64,000 nt of DNA from the human T2T-CHM13v2.0 reference genome, Homo sapiens. Under the pieces are notes generated by a model. It made no database searches, was not told the origin of the DNA, and was given only the letters and a program-made list of their open reading frames with translations. The position numbers and the translations under genes were made by a program. The stretch's first letter is position 1; each line of letters starts with the position of its first letter. The stretch lies in NCBI RefSeq assembly GCF_009914755.1, contig NC_060932.1; one strand, given 5' to 3'. Positions 47,101 through 60,604 of the stretch are shown piece by piece.

Positions 47101-47832
47101 TGATATGGTTAGGCTTTGTGTGCCCACCCAGATCTCATCTTGAATTATAATCCCCAGGTGTTTATGGAGCGACCTGGTGGGAAGTGATTGGATTGTGGGG
47201 GCAGTTTCCCCCATGCTGTTCTTGTGATAGTGAGTGGGCTCTCATGAGATCTGATGGTTTTACAAGCGTCTGGCATTTCCCCCGCTTGCACTCTTTTCTC
47301 TCTTGCTGCCTTGTGCGAAGGCCAAATCTTGCTTCCCCCTTGCCTTCCACCATGATTGTAAGTTTCCTGAGGCTTCCCCACCCATGCAGAACTGTGAGTC
47401 AATTAAACCTCTTTCCTTTAAAAATTACCCAGTCATATAGTTTGGCTGTGTCCCCACCCAAATCTCATCTTGTAGTTTCCATAATCACTGCGTGTCATGG
47501 GAAGGACCAGGTGGAGATAATTAAATCATGGGGGTGGTTTCCCCATCATGTTCTCATGATAGTGAGCTAGTTCTCACAAGATCTGATGGTTTTATAAAAG
47601 GCTTCCTCTTTCATTAGGCACTCATTTTCTCCCCTGCCACCCTTTGAAGAGGTGTCTTCTGCCGTGATTGTAAGTTTCCTGAGGCCTCCCCAGCCGTGCA
47701 GAATTGTGAGTGAATTAAACTTCTTTCCTTTATAAATTACCCAGTCTCAGGTATTCCATAGCAGCATAAGAATGAACTAATATGCCCAGTCTCGGGCGTT
47801 TCTTTATAGCAGTGTGAAAACGGACTAATACA
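47101..47832 (+). mobile_element. THE1D-like LTR (outer) interrupted by a second THE1 LTR
   Basis: 'tgatatggttaggctttgtg...ggactaataca' with TSD ctatc at 47096-47100 and 47833-47837. Confidence 0.95.
47433..47784 (+). mobile_element. THE1B-like solo LTR (inner)
   Basis: 'tcatatagtttggctgtgtccccacccaaatctcatcttg...gaactaatatg' with TSD cccag. Confidence 0.92.
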
Positions 47833-49360
47833 CTATCTTTGATAAAAGGGGAGTAACTTTGCAAAAGGTTCAGGTGGGTCTTTAGTGCACCTGTTGACAT
47901 CTTCCCTCAATGAAAACCACAGCTTCTATCCCTGTTCAATTGGTTGTTTACGGGGCTAGGAGATCCTATTCATGCCTCTCTAACCTTTTACCCCACTCAT
48001 TCTCTCTCACTCCATCCCCAGCAGGGGAGGCTCTAGTTTCTTCCTAGACCATGTGCCACTGGGTTGGGGGTGGTGGCTCCTCTGGGAGGGGTGGAGGGAC
48101 TGTGAGCAGAGCTGGGCTGGATGCACAGCTGTTCTGGCTCTGGGCTCTTGGCCCTGCCTGGGTTGCTCTGTGTGGCTTTTCTCTCCCCTCATGAGGCTGC
48201 GGTGGTTAAGCATTTGGAAGGATGTCCACTCCACAGATCCCCACTGAAAAAGATGTTCTACAAAGCCTGTGCAGTTCACTTCAGCCTGCCTCCGGTCCTG
48301 AGTAAAGAAGAGCTCATTGTTCATGATGCACAGGCTGGGTTACAGGGAAGGAGGTGAGGTAGGAATAGGGACTGAGTCTTTTCTGTCCCTCAGAGCCCAG
48401 CAGAGACACCTGTGCCATGGCAGGGTGTGTCCTAAAGCATTCTATAGTCCTGGGTCTTTGTCAGAGACAGATCAAGGTAAGTGTGATGTTAAGGGGACTG
48501 GAATTTGGGAGATGGTTCTCTCCCAAATTCCTAAGTAACTGACTGCCTTCAGGAGTACTGTACTGAGCAGCACTAGCACCTAGGCAGTCACTGAGCAGAC
48601 AGTACCATCCGCCTGCCTTTCAGGGTGTCTCATCACCCACTCATTCCAGAAGCTGGCAGGATGTAGTTCAGGTATCCACTGTGATGGACTTGGTGACCTT
48701 CTGGTCTTCTGGCCCCATGAACTTCCCTCCAGTTAAATCTCCCCTATCTCTCACCACTCTCTCACCTTCTGACACAGGGACCTAGGTCTTCTTTCTGACC
48801 CTCAAGACCTTGGTCAGAGCAGGCGTGGGCAACTAGAGTGACTTAAGAATGCTTGACTCTTGATGACACCATGGCCAGTTCTGGGATCTGTTGTCCTGGA
48901 AAGAGGTGTGAATGGTGCTGTGAAGTCCACTCAGACTCCCAGACCACTTTGTCATGGAGTGAGGGAGAGGGTGGTGTTGATGCTGGCTCCAGGCCACATG
49001 CAGGTATGTAGTGTCCTCCCTGCAATGGCCCCTCGTCACCTGCATTCGTCGCCTGCATTCCTCTCCTCCTCTGGACTCTGACCCCTTTGACAGCTTGGAC
49101 CTACTCTCTATGCCCATCCTTATATTTGGATTCAGATTTGTTTCTATAACCTCTTTGTCTTGATGTCTGAAGCTTTCCTTGCGGGTAGTGGTGGTAGATG
49201 TCCCTTGTATGGGGACCCACACATGGATGTGCCTCCTGTTCTTGAAACAGCCCCTCCACATCCTTGCCTAGCCCTGGCTCCACCCCCAGCCTTGTCCCCT
49301 TGCCCAGGAGGAGAGGCCCAGAGCAGAGATACAAATTCCTCTAAATTAACGTATGAATCT

Positions 49361-49659
<299 letters not shown>

Positions 49660-50094
49660 TTATGAATCTAATGCAATTTGAATCAACATCCTAGTTATTT
49701 CTTTTTCTGGGAATATGGCAAGCTAATTCTAACTTACTAAAATTGATCTAGTAGGTGAAGTGATTAAGACTAGTCAAAAGTTTTTCAAGACAAAAAAAGT
49801 AATATGAGAACTTGTACTGCAAAGTCAAAATATCCTAGGAAGCCATGGTTTCTTGCTCATAAAATGGAGAAAAAAATGCTTCCCTGCAGGATTTTTTGAA
49901 AAGATAATAAGGCATAGTGTGTAAAGTTCATGGGAACTGATAAATGATGGTGGAGATTATTTTATTCTTGATGTAGCTTAGATAAATGTGTGGGGTTGGG
50001 GGCACAGTGAAAACAGCACCTGCCTTCTCATGTCTGCTGGTGAACTAGGAAGGACTTCTGGATGGGAAAGGGGAAGCGGTTGGTGTGGGATGCA

Positions 50095-50828
50095 GATGAG
50101 AAAGAAAAAACTCTAAGCACCCTCAGCTGACTTAATGGACCCCCTCTTGCCCAAGAGGACCCCAGATAAACCTTGGAAATTACATTCCCAGCCATGACAT
50201 GATGAGAGGTTGAACACATCTCGTTGTCCCCCATCCCTCGCTAACCACCATTAGGCTTTCTTCCCCAAGGGCTAAACAGAAACCAGCCCTTTCAAAAGAC
50301 TGCACCACTGAGTTCAACCAACCACCTGGTGCTGCTCCTCCCTTTTGCAGTTTTGACAAAACAACCCCACATTCCCTCCTGATGAGAGACCACAGACAAC
50401 GGGGTGGTTCTGTCCAGTCTAGGGAGGAGTGCCGTGAGAGCTTTCGTATCCTCTGCTTCACCTTTGACATCAGAGGTCCTAAAACTCGCATGACCCTTGC
50501 ATCATGCTAAGGCTGCATTTTTTTTTAACATAGTCTCACAGGGAAGCATGAAGCTGACTTGCACATGAGCATGCTTCTCCTCTCATAAATATTCATGACT
50601 CCTTCTGTAGCTTATTGAATATGTATATCTGGCCACCTAATTTAGCATGAATCCCTGTCTTATGCGTGTTTGTGGGGTTACGGGGGTTGGTACAGTAAAA
50701 CACCCTTGAAGTTCCTGTTTCTGGGTTTTGGTTGTAAGCTATGGTTCTCAGCCTGCATGTTGCAATGTTTTATGAGAATCAAAGCTTTCCTTTCCAAATT
50801 TATGAATCTCGTCATTCTTCCACTGACA
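50095..50828 (+). mobile_element. ERV1 LTR (MER50-like)
   Basis: 'aagggctaaacagaaaccagccctttcaaaagac', 'ctctgcttcacctttgacatcagagg', end 'cattcttccactgaca'. Confidence 0.7.
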
Positions 50829-51099
50829 CAGAGCATGTCAAAGGTCTAGAATAGCAGCTGGAATTGTACTGCTGATCAAGGACACGTGTGGTTGAGGGCC
50901 TAAATCAGACAGGAACTCACTGATAAGTGTTGTATTACAGGGTGGATTCCCTAGCGGTTTGACCCTGAGCAAATTACTTAACCTCTTTAGACCTCTCTTC
51001 TCTAATATGGAAAATGTGAATTAATAACTACCACCTATAATATTGCTGCAAACAGCAAATGGTAGTGCATGGAAAGTATTTAGCATTCTGCTTTGGTTT

Positions 51100-51800
51100 G
51101 TTGTTGTTGGTCTTCCAATACTACCAAATTCTCCAACTCTCTGGACACCATCTGGGTGCCCTATAATTTAACTCAATTCTGATGCTACCAGGAGTTAGTG
51201 TGGACCCCACAAGACTGCACCCCATTTCAGATGCCAGTTGCAAGTGGTGGGTCCCCAGGTCACCTACAACTTCTGTCTGACTTGGCAACAAATTGGGAAT
51301 TTCCATAACCTCCTTCTTAGATTTGATAATTTGCTATAATGGCTCATAGAACTCAGGGAAACATTTGCCTTATGTTTATCCGTTTGTTATAAAGGATACA
51401 CCTCAGGAACAGCTGAACAGAAGGAATGCACAGGGAAGGTGTAGGCCAATGTGCATAGAGCTTCCACAATCTCTCAGGTTACAGCACGCCCCTAGCACCT
51501 GGATGTGTTCACACATCCTATCTTGTTGTTTAAGAGTTTTCAACAGAGCTTAGTCTCCAGCACTCTCTCCTTTTTGGAGGTTGACTGGTGAAGCTGAATG
51601 TTTCCATCCTCTACCACTTAGTCTTCCTGGCAAGCAGCCACATCCTGAGGCTCTCTAGGGGTCCCACCTTAAGTCACCTCGTTAACATGAACTCAGGTGT
51701 GACCGAAGACACTCCTCTCACTCTAGAAATTACAAAGGTTTTAGGGGCTCTGTGCTAGGAACCAGGAACAAATACCAAATATATTTCTTATTATCTCACA
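51100..51800 (-). mobile_element. MER21-family LTR
   Basis: 'ccccacaagactgcaccccatttcagatgccagttgcaag...ggaacaaataccaaatatatttcttattatctcaca'. Confidence 0.85.
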
Positions 51801-54044
51801 GAGTATTGCCTGGTATGTAGGGAGTACTCCACGAGTGGCAGCAATGGTTATTTTTGAGGCAGATCATTGGTTTTGCTGTGCTTTGCAGGGAAAGGGTGAC
51901 TGAACCAGGAAACTGAGGGCTCTTGTGGTCCAGGTCTAAAGCAAGAGCTCCAGGCTGGGTGAGGAAAGAGGTAAGAACAAGATGGGAGATTCAGAACACA
52001 CAGGCACCCAGGGAGATAGGGATGATTTTCTTAATATTTCCAAGTGTGCTAGTAGTCACCTACATGGCCTTCAGTCTATTCTGGAGGCAATCTCAGAACC
52101 ATCTGGGCAGGAAATTTTGGGCCTAGAATACCTGGGACATGATCTTTAAGGGCAGCTGGGGTGGTTCTCTGGCCTCGTGAATTCCTTGCCGTATCCAAGA
52201 TGAGGTTCCTGAATGTCAAGGTACCATGCAGGGCCTTTACTTGCCTGGGCTGAGGACTCTACTGCCTGTCTAGACAGCTTCTAACTGTAGCAAACTAGAA
52301 AAGGATGCTTGTCCGTCAGAGTTGTTTTTCTTCATTTTCTGTAGAGTCTTTCTCATGTGATTGCAGTCCAAAGCAGTGCCTGGGGACCTTGTGCCTGAGG
52401 CATGAAGGTCTTGTCTTTCTGGCTTTGTCCTCATGTCCTATTTAGGTTTACAGTGGCAGGCACACTGTGACGATGTGAGGATGTCTCTTCTAAAAATGGA
52501 TGCGAATTCTTCTCAAACCTCAAAGTTCCCCACGGTCTGCATGGGACTGAGCTTGGAGAGGAGAGCCCCTTTCTTCCCTTAGGAAATCCTTATCATAGAG
52601 TGGCAGGATCCCCCCTGCCCTTCATGTGGATGGCAAGCAGCGATTAAATCAGCATCTCTACAGTCACTGGCTAACAGGGAGCAAGGGGATTAACTGGTGC
52701 TCATTTTGCAAGTAATTAAAAAATGTGTTACCATGATGAACTCTGGGAAGAAATTTTCTGGAAGCAATATTTACTATTTGGAGAATTTCAACTCTGAGTC
52801 CTAAAAGAGCCTTCCAAGCAGCAAGGCTGGAAGTAGCTGCAAAAGGAATAATAACTTTCAACACTGGTGTCCATGTTTTACTGGGGCTGGGTCTCTCATT
52901 GGCTTCCTCATCAGAAAGCAAAAACATCAGATTGTCTCAGCTGTCTTATGGTGTCACAGAATTAGGGGATACTTAATGTCGCTGAGCATAGGAGACTGAC
53001 AGTGCTTGCTTTGGGAATTGGAGGCTGGTGTAGTGGCCAAAACTCTATGTTCAGGGATGCCCTTAGTCTAGATATTCTGTCATGTTTCTAAAACCGTGTA
53101 CTTCGATTTCAGGATGTTAGAATATTATCAAAGGTGGGTAGTGAATGTGCTTTTGGAGAAAAATCATATTAAACATTTTAGTAGGTGCTTTGTTATACAA
53201 GATGGAGAATTTGAAAAGCCATGCTCTAATTTAGGGCAGCATTTGAATGTTTCGCATCGTAGCAAGTTTCTCTTCTTTGCAAGAAGTGAGTGTGCTATAT
53301 GGAGAGAAGAAATATGATGCTGGTCCTGGACAGCTGGAAACTGAGCAGGTGCTTAATTGTGCTATGCCTCAGTTTCCTCATCTGTAAAAGGAACATACTT
53401 TGGGCTGTAAGAGCTGACTGTGAAGAATAGATCAGACATTGTGTGTAAAGTGCCTATCCTAAGGAGTTGTTTGAAGCCACCTAATGCATGCCCTGGTTGC
53501 TGACCCTTTGCTCAGCTCTTGGGTCCACCTTTCATAGCTTCTTGAATCTCAGGATATCTGCTGGTTTAGACCATTTGCAGGGATCTAGTCTCTCCACTTT
53601 GCTTTATTGCTGGCTCTTTGTCCTGTCCTGAATTTTGCTTCCTACCCAACTTTGGGTCACACCATTGCCCTGACCTTTCCTATCTCCCTTTGTGCTCCTT
53701 GTTAGGGTGAGTGTGTCCCGCCCACTCCTCAACTTTTCTTCCATCCATCTCATGATGAAGGAGTAGCTTAATTCGATTGGTGAATCTGGAATAAATAAAC
53801 TGGCAGGCTCAGCTCTAAGACCCCTTTTGTCCTTTTGGGATGAGCTGCCTCCAGGGAGCAGCAGTTTCTTTTAGCTTTCCCAGGCTGTGTCACCCTTGGG
53901 CAGACTCCTCCACACCCCACCTGGTATGGGTACCCTGGTTTTGCACTGCTTATAGGGCAGCCCCTCACAAAGCTCATTTGCCCACAGTTATCCGCTGTGT
54001 CCTTCAACTTGACTCTTTACTGGGAATAAAACTGAGAGTCTAGT

Positions 54045-54310
54045 GTCTAGGGAGGCATATTGGTTAAGAAATTGGTCTCTGGAGTTAAAGTACCTTGGTT
54101 CAAATCCAAGCTCTGCCACTCACTTGGAGTGAACATTTTTTGTGTGTGTGAAAATTTTGCAAACCCCTAAACCCCACTGACCCTCAGTTTTCCTTCTGTA
54201 AGAGGAGGGAAACAATAGAAACTACTTCATAGTTCTGTTGGGAGCATTATACGAGTTAGTATATGTACAATATTTGGAACAATGCCTGCCCCTGGTAACT
54301 ATAACTGAGT
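54045..54310 (+). mobile_element. MIR
   Basis: 'ggttcaaatccaagctctgccactcac...cctcagttttccttctgtaa'. Confidence 0.75.
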
Positions 54311-55244
54311 GTTGGCTAACTGTACGTATCAGTGTATTCAGGGCTTGCCCAGGGAAGGTGGAGAAGAGCACCACTTAGGCACTTCAGAGACCCATTCCCA
54401 GGTCCTGTTCCTCTACTGGTACCCTCAAGGGTGGCTTCAGAGCCAAGGCCCTCCTGACCACACCCCAGCACCTGCCTTTGTCATGCTTCCCATGTAAGTC
54501 CACTTAATCCATGTGGGTTACTTCCCTAGGTTTCAAATCGATTATTATCTCCGCTGGAGGAGTAGGGAGCAAAATGAAAATGGAGCATTTGTCTCCTCCT
54601 CTGTCATCAGTTACCATCACCCCATTCCCCTAGACCATGGGCTACCTCCTACTCATTCATGTTGTGAATTCAAAGAGCGCTAGGATGCCCCATCTGTTTT
54701 TTACCCCAGCCTTCAAAAACTTCTGTCTGCTCTGGATTTTAACCTTTAGGAAATCGTTCTTGCAGATACGAACCACTGTTTGGTAATGATCTTTGGTAGA
54801 TCAAGACCAATGGGTCTTCCATTGCTCTTTAGTTGGTTCCTTTAAATGCTGAGCTCTTTTGAGAGCCCCTCACCTTCTACCCCTTCAACAGCGATTTACT
54901 ACTTGATCCCCTTTCTCATTTGGACAACATTTATTAACCAATGGCTATGGGCTGGGTGTCTATGGGAAGGTAAGATAACTGCCACAGAAGAATGTGTAGT
55001 CCAGTGGTGCTTAAACCGTGCTCCATGGTGTACTATGTACCCTCTAGAGGCCCCTCACCAGTCACCATGGAGAGAATGTGTGTGTGTGTTGGGGGGGTGG
55101 TTCTGAGTGGTTGGGGTCTTACCCCACTCCCAACATCCGTCCAGCCCTGCTGTTTTTCTTTCTTTTGCATATTGAGCTTCTGAGCAAGATTTCATCCACA
55201 GAAAGGATTGCACTGTTAAAAAAGATAAAAAAAAAAAATAGTTG

Positions 55245-55565
<321 letters not shown>

Positions 55566-56765
55566 CTATTGACCTAATTTTTCCCACTGAATTTATTCAG
55601 CATGGCTTTTTATAGTGGTTTCACCCTCCCAGCTTGCATTTGGCCAACAGGATGACCTGGCCAATGTCTTGGCACCAGTCACCTACGGACTCAACCAGAG
55701 AGGACCTCTGAAGCTGTCCCCTCAGCAGGTGAGTGTCACCTTTTGTATTGGAGAAAGATGTTTTGTGGTCAAGGTTAGTATTATTTGCAATAATAAGTAA
55801 ATAAGGAATTTGTTAGGGGAGGTATCACACATAAATTGACTCTGAAGGCAGTCTCAAAACAGTTTCAAAAATGTTTTAGGCAGTGACAACACTATTGAAA
55901 CACACTCATGGCCCCTAAAAATACTAGAAGCTCTAAAATAAGCTCTCAAAGTTGTTTTGTAGGACTCATAATATCAAACTATAACTTTCCAAAGGACAGG
56001 AGACTGGACTTTTCTTTAACTTTGTGGTGTGTTTGTTATGGCAACAACCCAGGGATCTAAGATAATCAGGGGCTGATGGCTCAATCACTGATCTATAGAG
56101 ATGCATCTAATATAACCAATCAATATCTGGCTCATTCTGTTTTTATAAAGATATTTATGCAATCCACATATTTGCATGTTCATAGAGCATTTCTGGAAGA
56201 TGTTCTAGCATGTTAGCTTCATAGAGTAAGCCTTATGTTTTTCTGTTTTGTTCACTAATGTGGTCAAAGATGATGCCTGGCATGTAATAAATCTTTAATA
56301 GCTATGCATTGAATGAGTAAACTCACAATAAAATGGTAAGGGTGGTTACCTTTAGGGATTAGGACTAGAGATTGGTGAAACTATTACTTTTCAATTTATA
56401 TCCACATATGGCATTTATATGAAGAGGGCAGGAAGACTGTCTGCTTTTCTCTTTGTATTTGCTCCTTTACCCACAGAGAGGAAGAAATTTCTGCCTTTGC
56501 TTTCACTGCTATCTTTTGGCCTTAAGACTCCTCCATGGCCAGCCCAAATCAAAAAGGAATGCACAATCTGGCTGGTTGTTCTTGGACCATGTATTCTTAG
56601 TGGGCAAGATTCCACTCTTCCTCTCTCATTTCCTATCTCCATTGCTTTACGATCAGGGCCCCCCTTCCAGAAGAAGGCCTGGTCATGATTCTACTCTCAA
56701 TTTCAGCTTTTCCATTAGTGTTTGGTTCATGGGGCTAGAGGCACATGAGCATTGAAATTTGTCCT

Positions 56766-57442
<677 letters not shown>

Positions 57443-57573
57443 TTCCTCAAACCTGGATATTTTAGATACAAGCAAGTTGGGTATAGGAAACCCTGAGACA
57501 GAGCAGCTCAGCAGAGATGCTTTAATTTTGGCAACACAGCTCTCCTGGTGATTCATAAAAATTCTAAGTTGTA

Positions 57574-57872
<299 letters not shown>

Positions 57873-58694
57873 ATTGTAAGTTGTTTCCCATTTGGCTCTT
57901 GTCCTTCTAGGTACAGTTTCTGCAAATGAGGCCTGCAGTGTGGTATGTGATAGGATTCAGAAACCCAGAGCCCATCCCAACCTCATGATACTGCAGTGCT
58001 TTTACTTGTTTAGTTTACCATGTGCAGATGTAATTCTGAAATGAGTATATGGATCAGAACATAATAACATGTGGGGAGTGAGTACGAAAAAAGTATTTTT
58101 TCCTCCACCTACACAACAGAATAAAAGAGTTGTTTTTCATAAATTCTGTTGAAGGCAATTTGTATTTATAAACAGGAGAATTAATAATAATAATAGGCTG
58201 GCAGGATGATTTGGCATTAAGAGGCCTTTTGTCTAAGAAAACTAGTTCATAGAATCATTAAATACTTTGTTTAAAATTGAAAAGTAAAGGAACAGAGTTA
58301 ACCCCAAAGCTTTGGTGTCTGAAGCAGAGACTTAACAAATTCAGTATGGGTGAGTGTAAGGAGTAAGTGCTATGTAATGACCAAAAAAAGGATTGTAATA
58401 CTGCCACACATATCTCAGAAAAGTTGATCTACTAGGGAATGTGTGTGGATGGACACTTTTGCTGTTCTGAGATGTCTGTGATCTGTGCCAATAGGCATCA
58501 GTATTGTGTTAACAATAACAGCAATTGCAACAACAACACCTAAGACTCATTGAATGTTTATTATGAACTACACAGACATTCTTTACATGTATCGGTCCAA
58601 TGAGGAAGCTTCTATTATTATCTCGTTTTACAGGTAAGGAAATGAACACTCAGGTTGGCTTAGGTCACATGCTGCTAAGGGGCATGGGTGGGAT

Positions 58695-58909
58695 CAGTGG
58701 AGTGTTGAAGTTGGCTTGTACAGGCTCTTGAGAGCTGACTGTGCACACCTCTTCCCAACAGTGTGTTCAACAACATCATGTCGCTACCTTGAATTTGGCC
58801 ATTGTGGGATAATTTACACCACAAAAATTGACAAAATGCCACACATCATGTGGCAATTTTGTTTTTTTTTTCCAGAGAGCTCATTGGCAAACATTCTAAC
58901 AAATCACTA
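58695..58909. mobile_element. MER63A-like hAT MITE inserted in a MIR
   Basis: 'cagtggagtgttgaag...ggctcttgagagctgac...atttacaccacaaaaattgacaa...ttccagagagc...cactag'. Confidence 0.75.
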
Positions 58910-59024
58910 GATAGGATTCAAACCCAGGCAGTTTGACTGGAGAGCATTTTGGTAAAGATGCATGTTTTCAGGCCAAAGTATTGATAATGGTATTAACAAT
59001 TTTCTTATTGTGTGAGCCACTTTT

Positions 59025-59460
59025 ATTGGTTGGTTTTATAGATGAGCTTGAGGAGGCGGTGTCTCATTTACATGGGGCATAGTGGATTGGTTGGACCAGG
59101 TGTGCTATTTACATAGTACCAGAGGAGGCTGGCCATCCCACCCTAATCTTTTATTATGCAAATGAGGTCTTTACCTGGCCTGTGCCATGTTACCTGCACA
59201 TGTGGCAACAAAGAAAAGGGAAGGGAAAACCTCCATTTTGAATATAACTGGCTTCCAGGTATCCCTTTTTTATTGGTACAGCTGCCGGCATTTACCTATG
59301 CAAGCTTCAAGCTTGCTTATCTGTGCCTGCAGCTTGATTTTTCAGGCTGCTTTTTGTTAGAAAAGAAATTATTTTGGGGCTGCTTTTTATTAAAAGGAAA
59401 TTCCACTGAGAGCTCTTTTGTCCTAACTGCCTAAATAATTTCTTTTTAGCTCCTGTATTA
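59025..59460 (-). mobile_element. ERV1 LTR 5' part (MER61/LTR27-like)
   Basis: Reverse complement begins 'taatacaggagctaaaaagaaattatttaggcagttag...aataaaaagcagccccaaa'. Confidence 0.75.
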
Positions 59461-60604
59461 CTATCAGTTGACTTAGATGCCAAGGACTTTGGGTGGAAAA
59501 TAATGATCCCTCTTCACCAGGAAGCAGATGCTCAGCTTTGTGGATAGTCAAAATGACAGCCACAAAAACCCCCTAGCAAGATCACTGAGAAAAAGAACAA
59601 CCTGTAATTGCTGAGTGCTAACTATACGGCAGGCATTTCCTTAAATCTTTAACTTCATGGTTTTATTTCATTAGCCCAGAAGCCCTCTAATGATGCACAG
59701 TAGTCATTGTTCTCATTTTTGAGAAGAGGAAATGAGGATTTGGAGATGTTGAAACATTGGCTTGAGATCTTCTAAGTGGCGAGTGGTTGAGGGAATTAGG
59801 AGCCTATAACAGCTGCCAGACAATCTGACTCCAGAGTTCATGTCCCCAAGGAGGAAACCACATTGCTGAGGAGTCCCACTGAGGGAGTGGGGCCGAAAGG
59901 GTAGCCCTGAGGCTTTCAGGTTCTGAGCCCATGGCTAGAGAAGAACCTCCATCAAAGAACTCATCATCAAAACACAGCTGTGTTGTCTGTGATCTTCTCT
60001 GACCTCGGCCCTCATAACCTATTGCCTTGGCTATGGGTAACTTAATATGTCCTGTCTTGAACACATCCAACATTACCATGTGCCTGACTTCTAATACCAC
60101 CTTCCCCTGCTACCTGCCTCTAAACCTGATGATCCAGGTGTATTCTGGTCCTTGCCCGTATCTTGAATGCGGCCCCTGTACACCCTATGTCCAATCTACC
60201 CTATTTATTGTTATTTGTTTTGCAGTATACTTTCTATTTTTTTTAAAGTGAGGATATAAAAATGAGATTCTTGAAGAAAATAATAAAGTGTTGTCTTTGG
60301 AAGGTAAACTTAAAGGCACCTTATATTTTGCTCTTCCTATACTTATTTACTTATTTCCTACATTTTCTATAATGAATGAGTTATTTCTATCACAAAAAAA
60401 TGCTACTTACAAACGGATAAATGAAGACAGTCTTAAAATAAATCTTAATACCTATTCATCCAAAAAGCAAAAGACACTTTGCAAACTATTACAATCTACC
60501 TCATTTAGCCCGCTGAAGACACCAATTTTCTTTGCACTACCCACTCCATTTCTCAAGAGACATTAACAACACACCATGATTGAAAAACTAGGGTGTTATG
60601 TGTT

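Noticed and set aside
48833-49261. 142-aa minus-strand ORF in unique DNA; possible processed pseudogene
   Set aside because: No recognisable protein family, no poly-A tail or TSD, non-ATG start
58620-58640. Adjacent acceptor/donor 'ttttacag|gtaagg' (recursive splice-like motif)
   Set aside because: It lies in the MIR core ('ttttacagatgaggaaa' variant) and is explained by repeat decay
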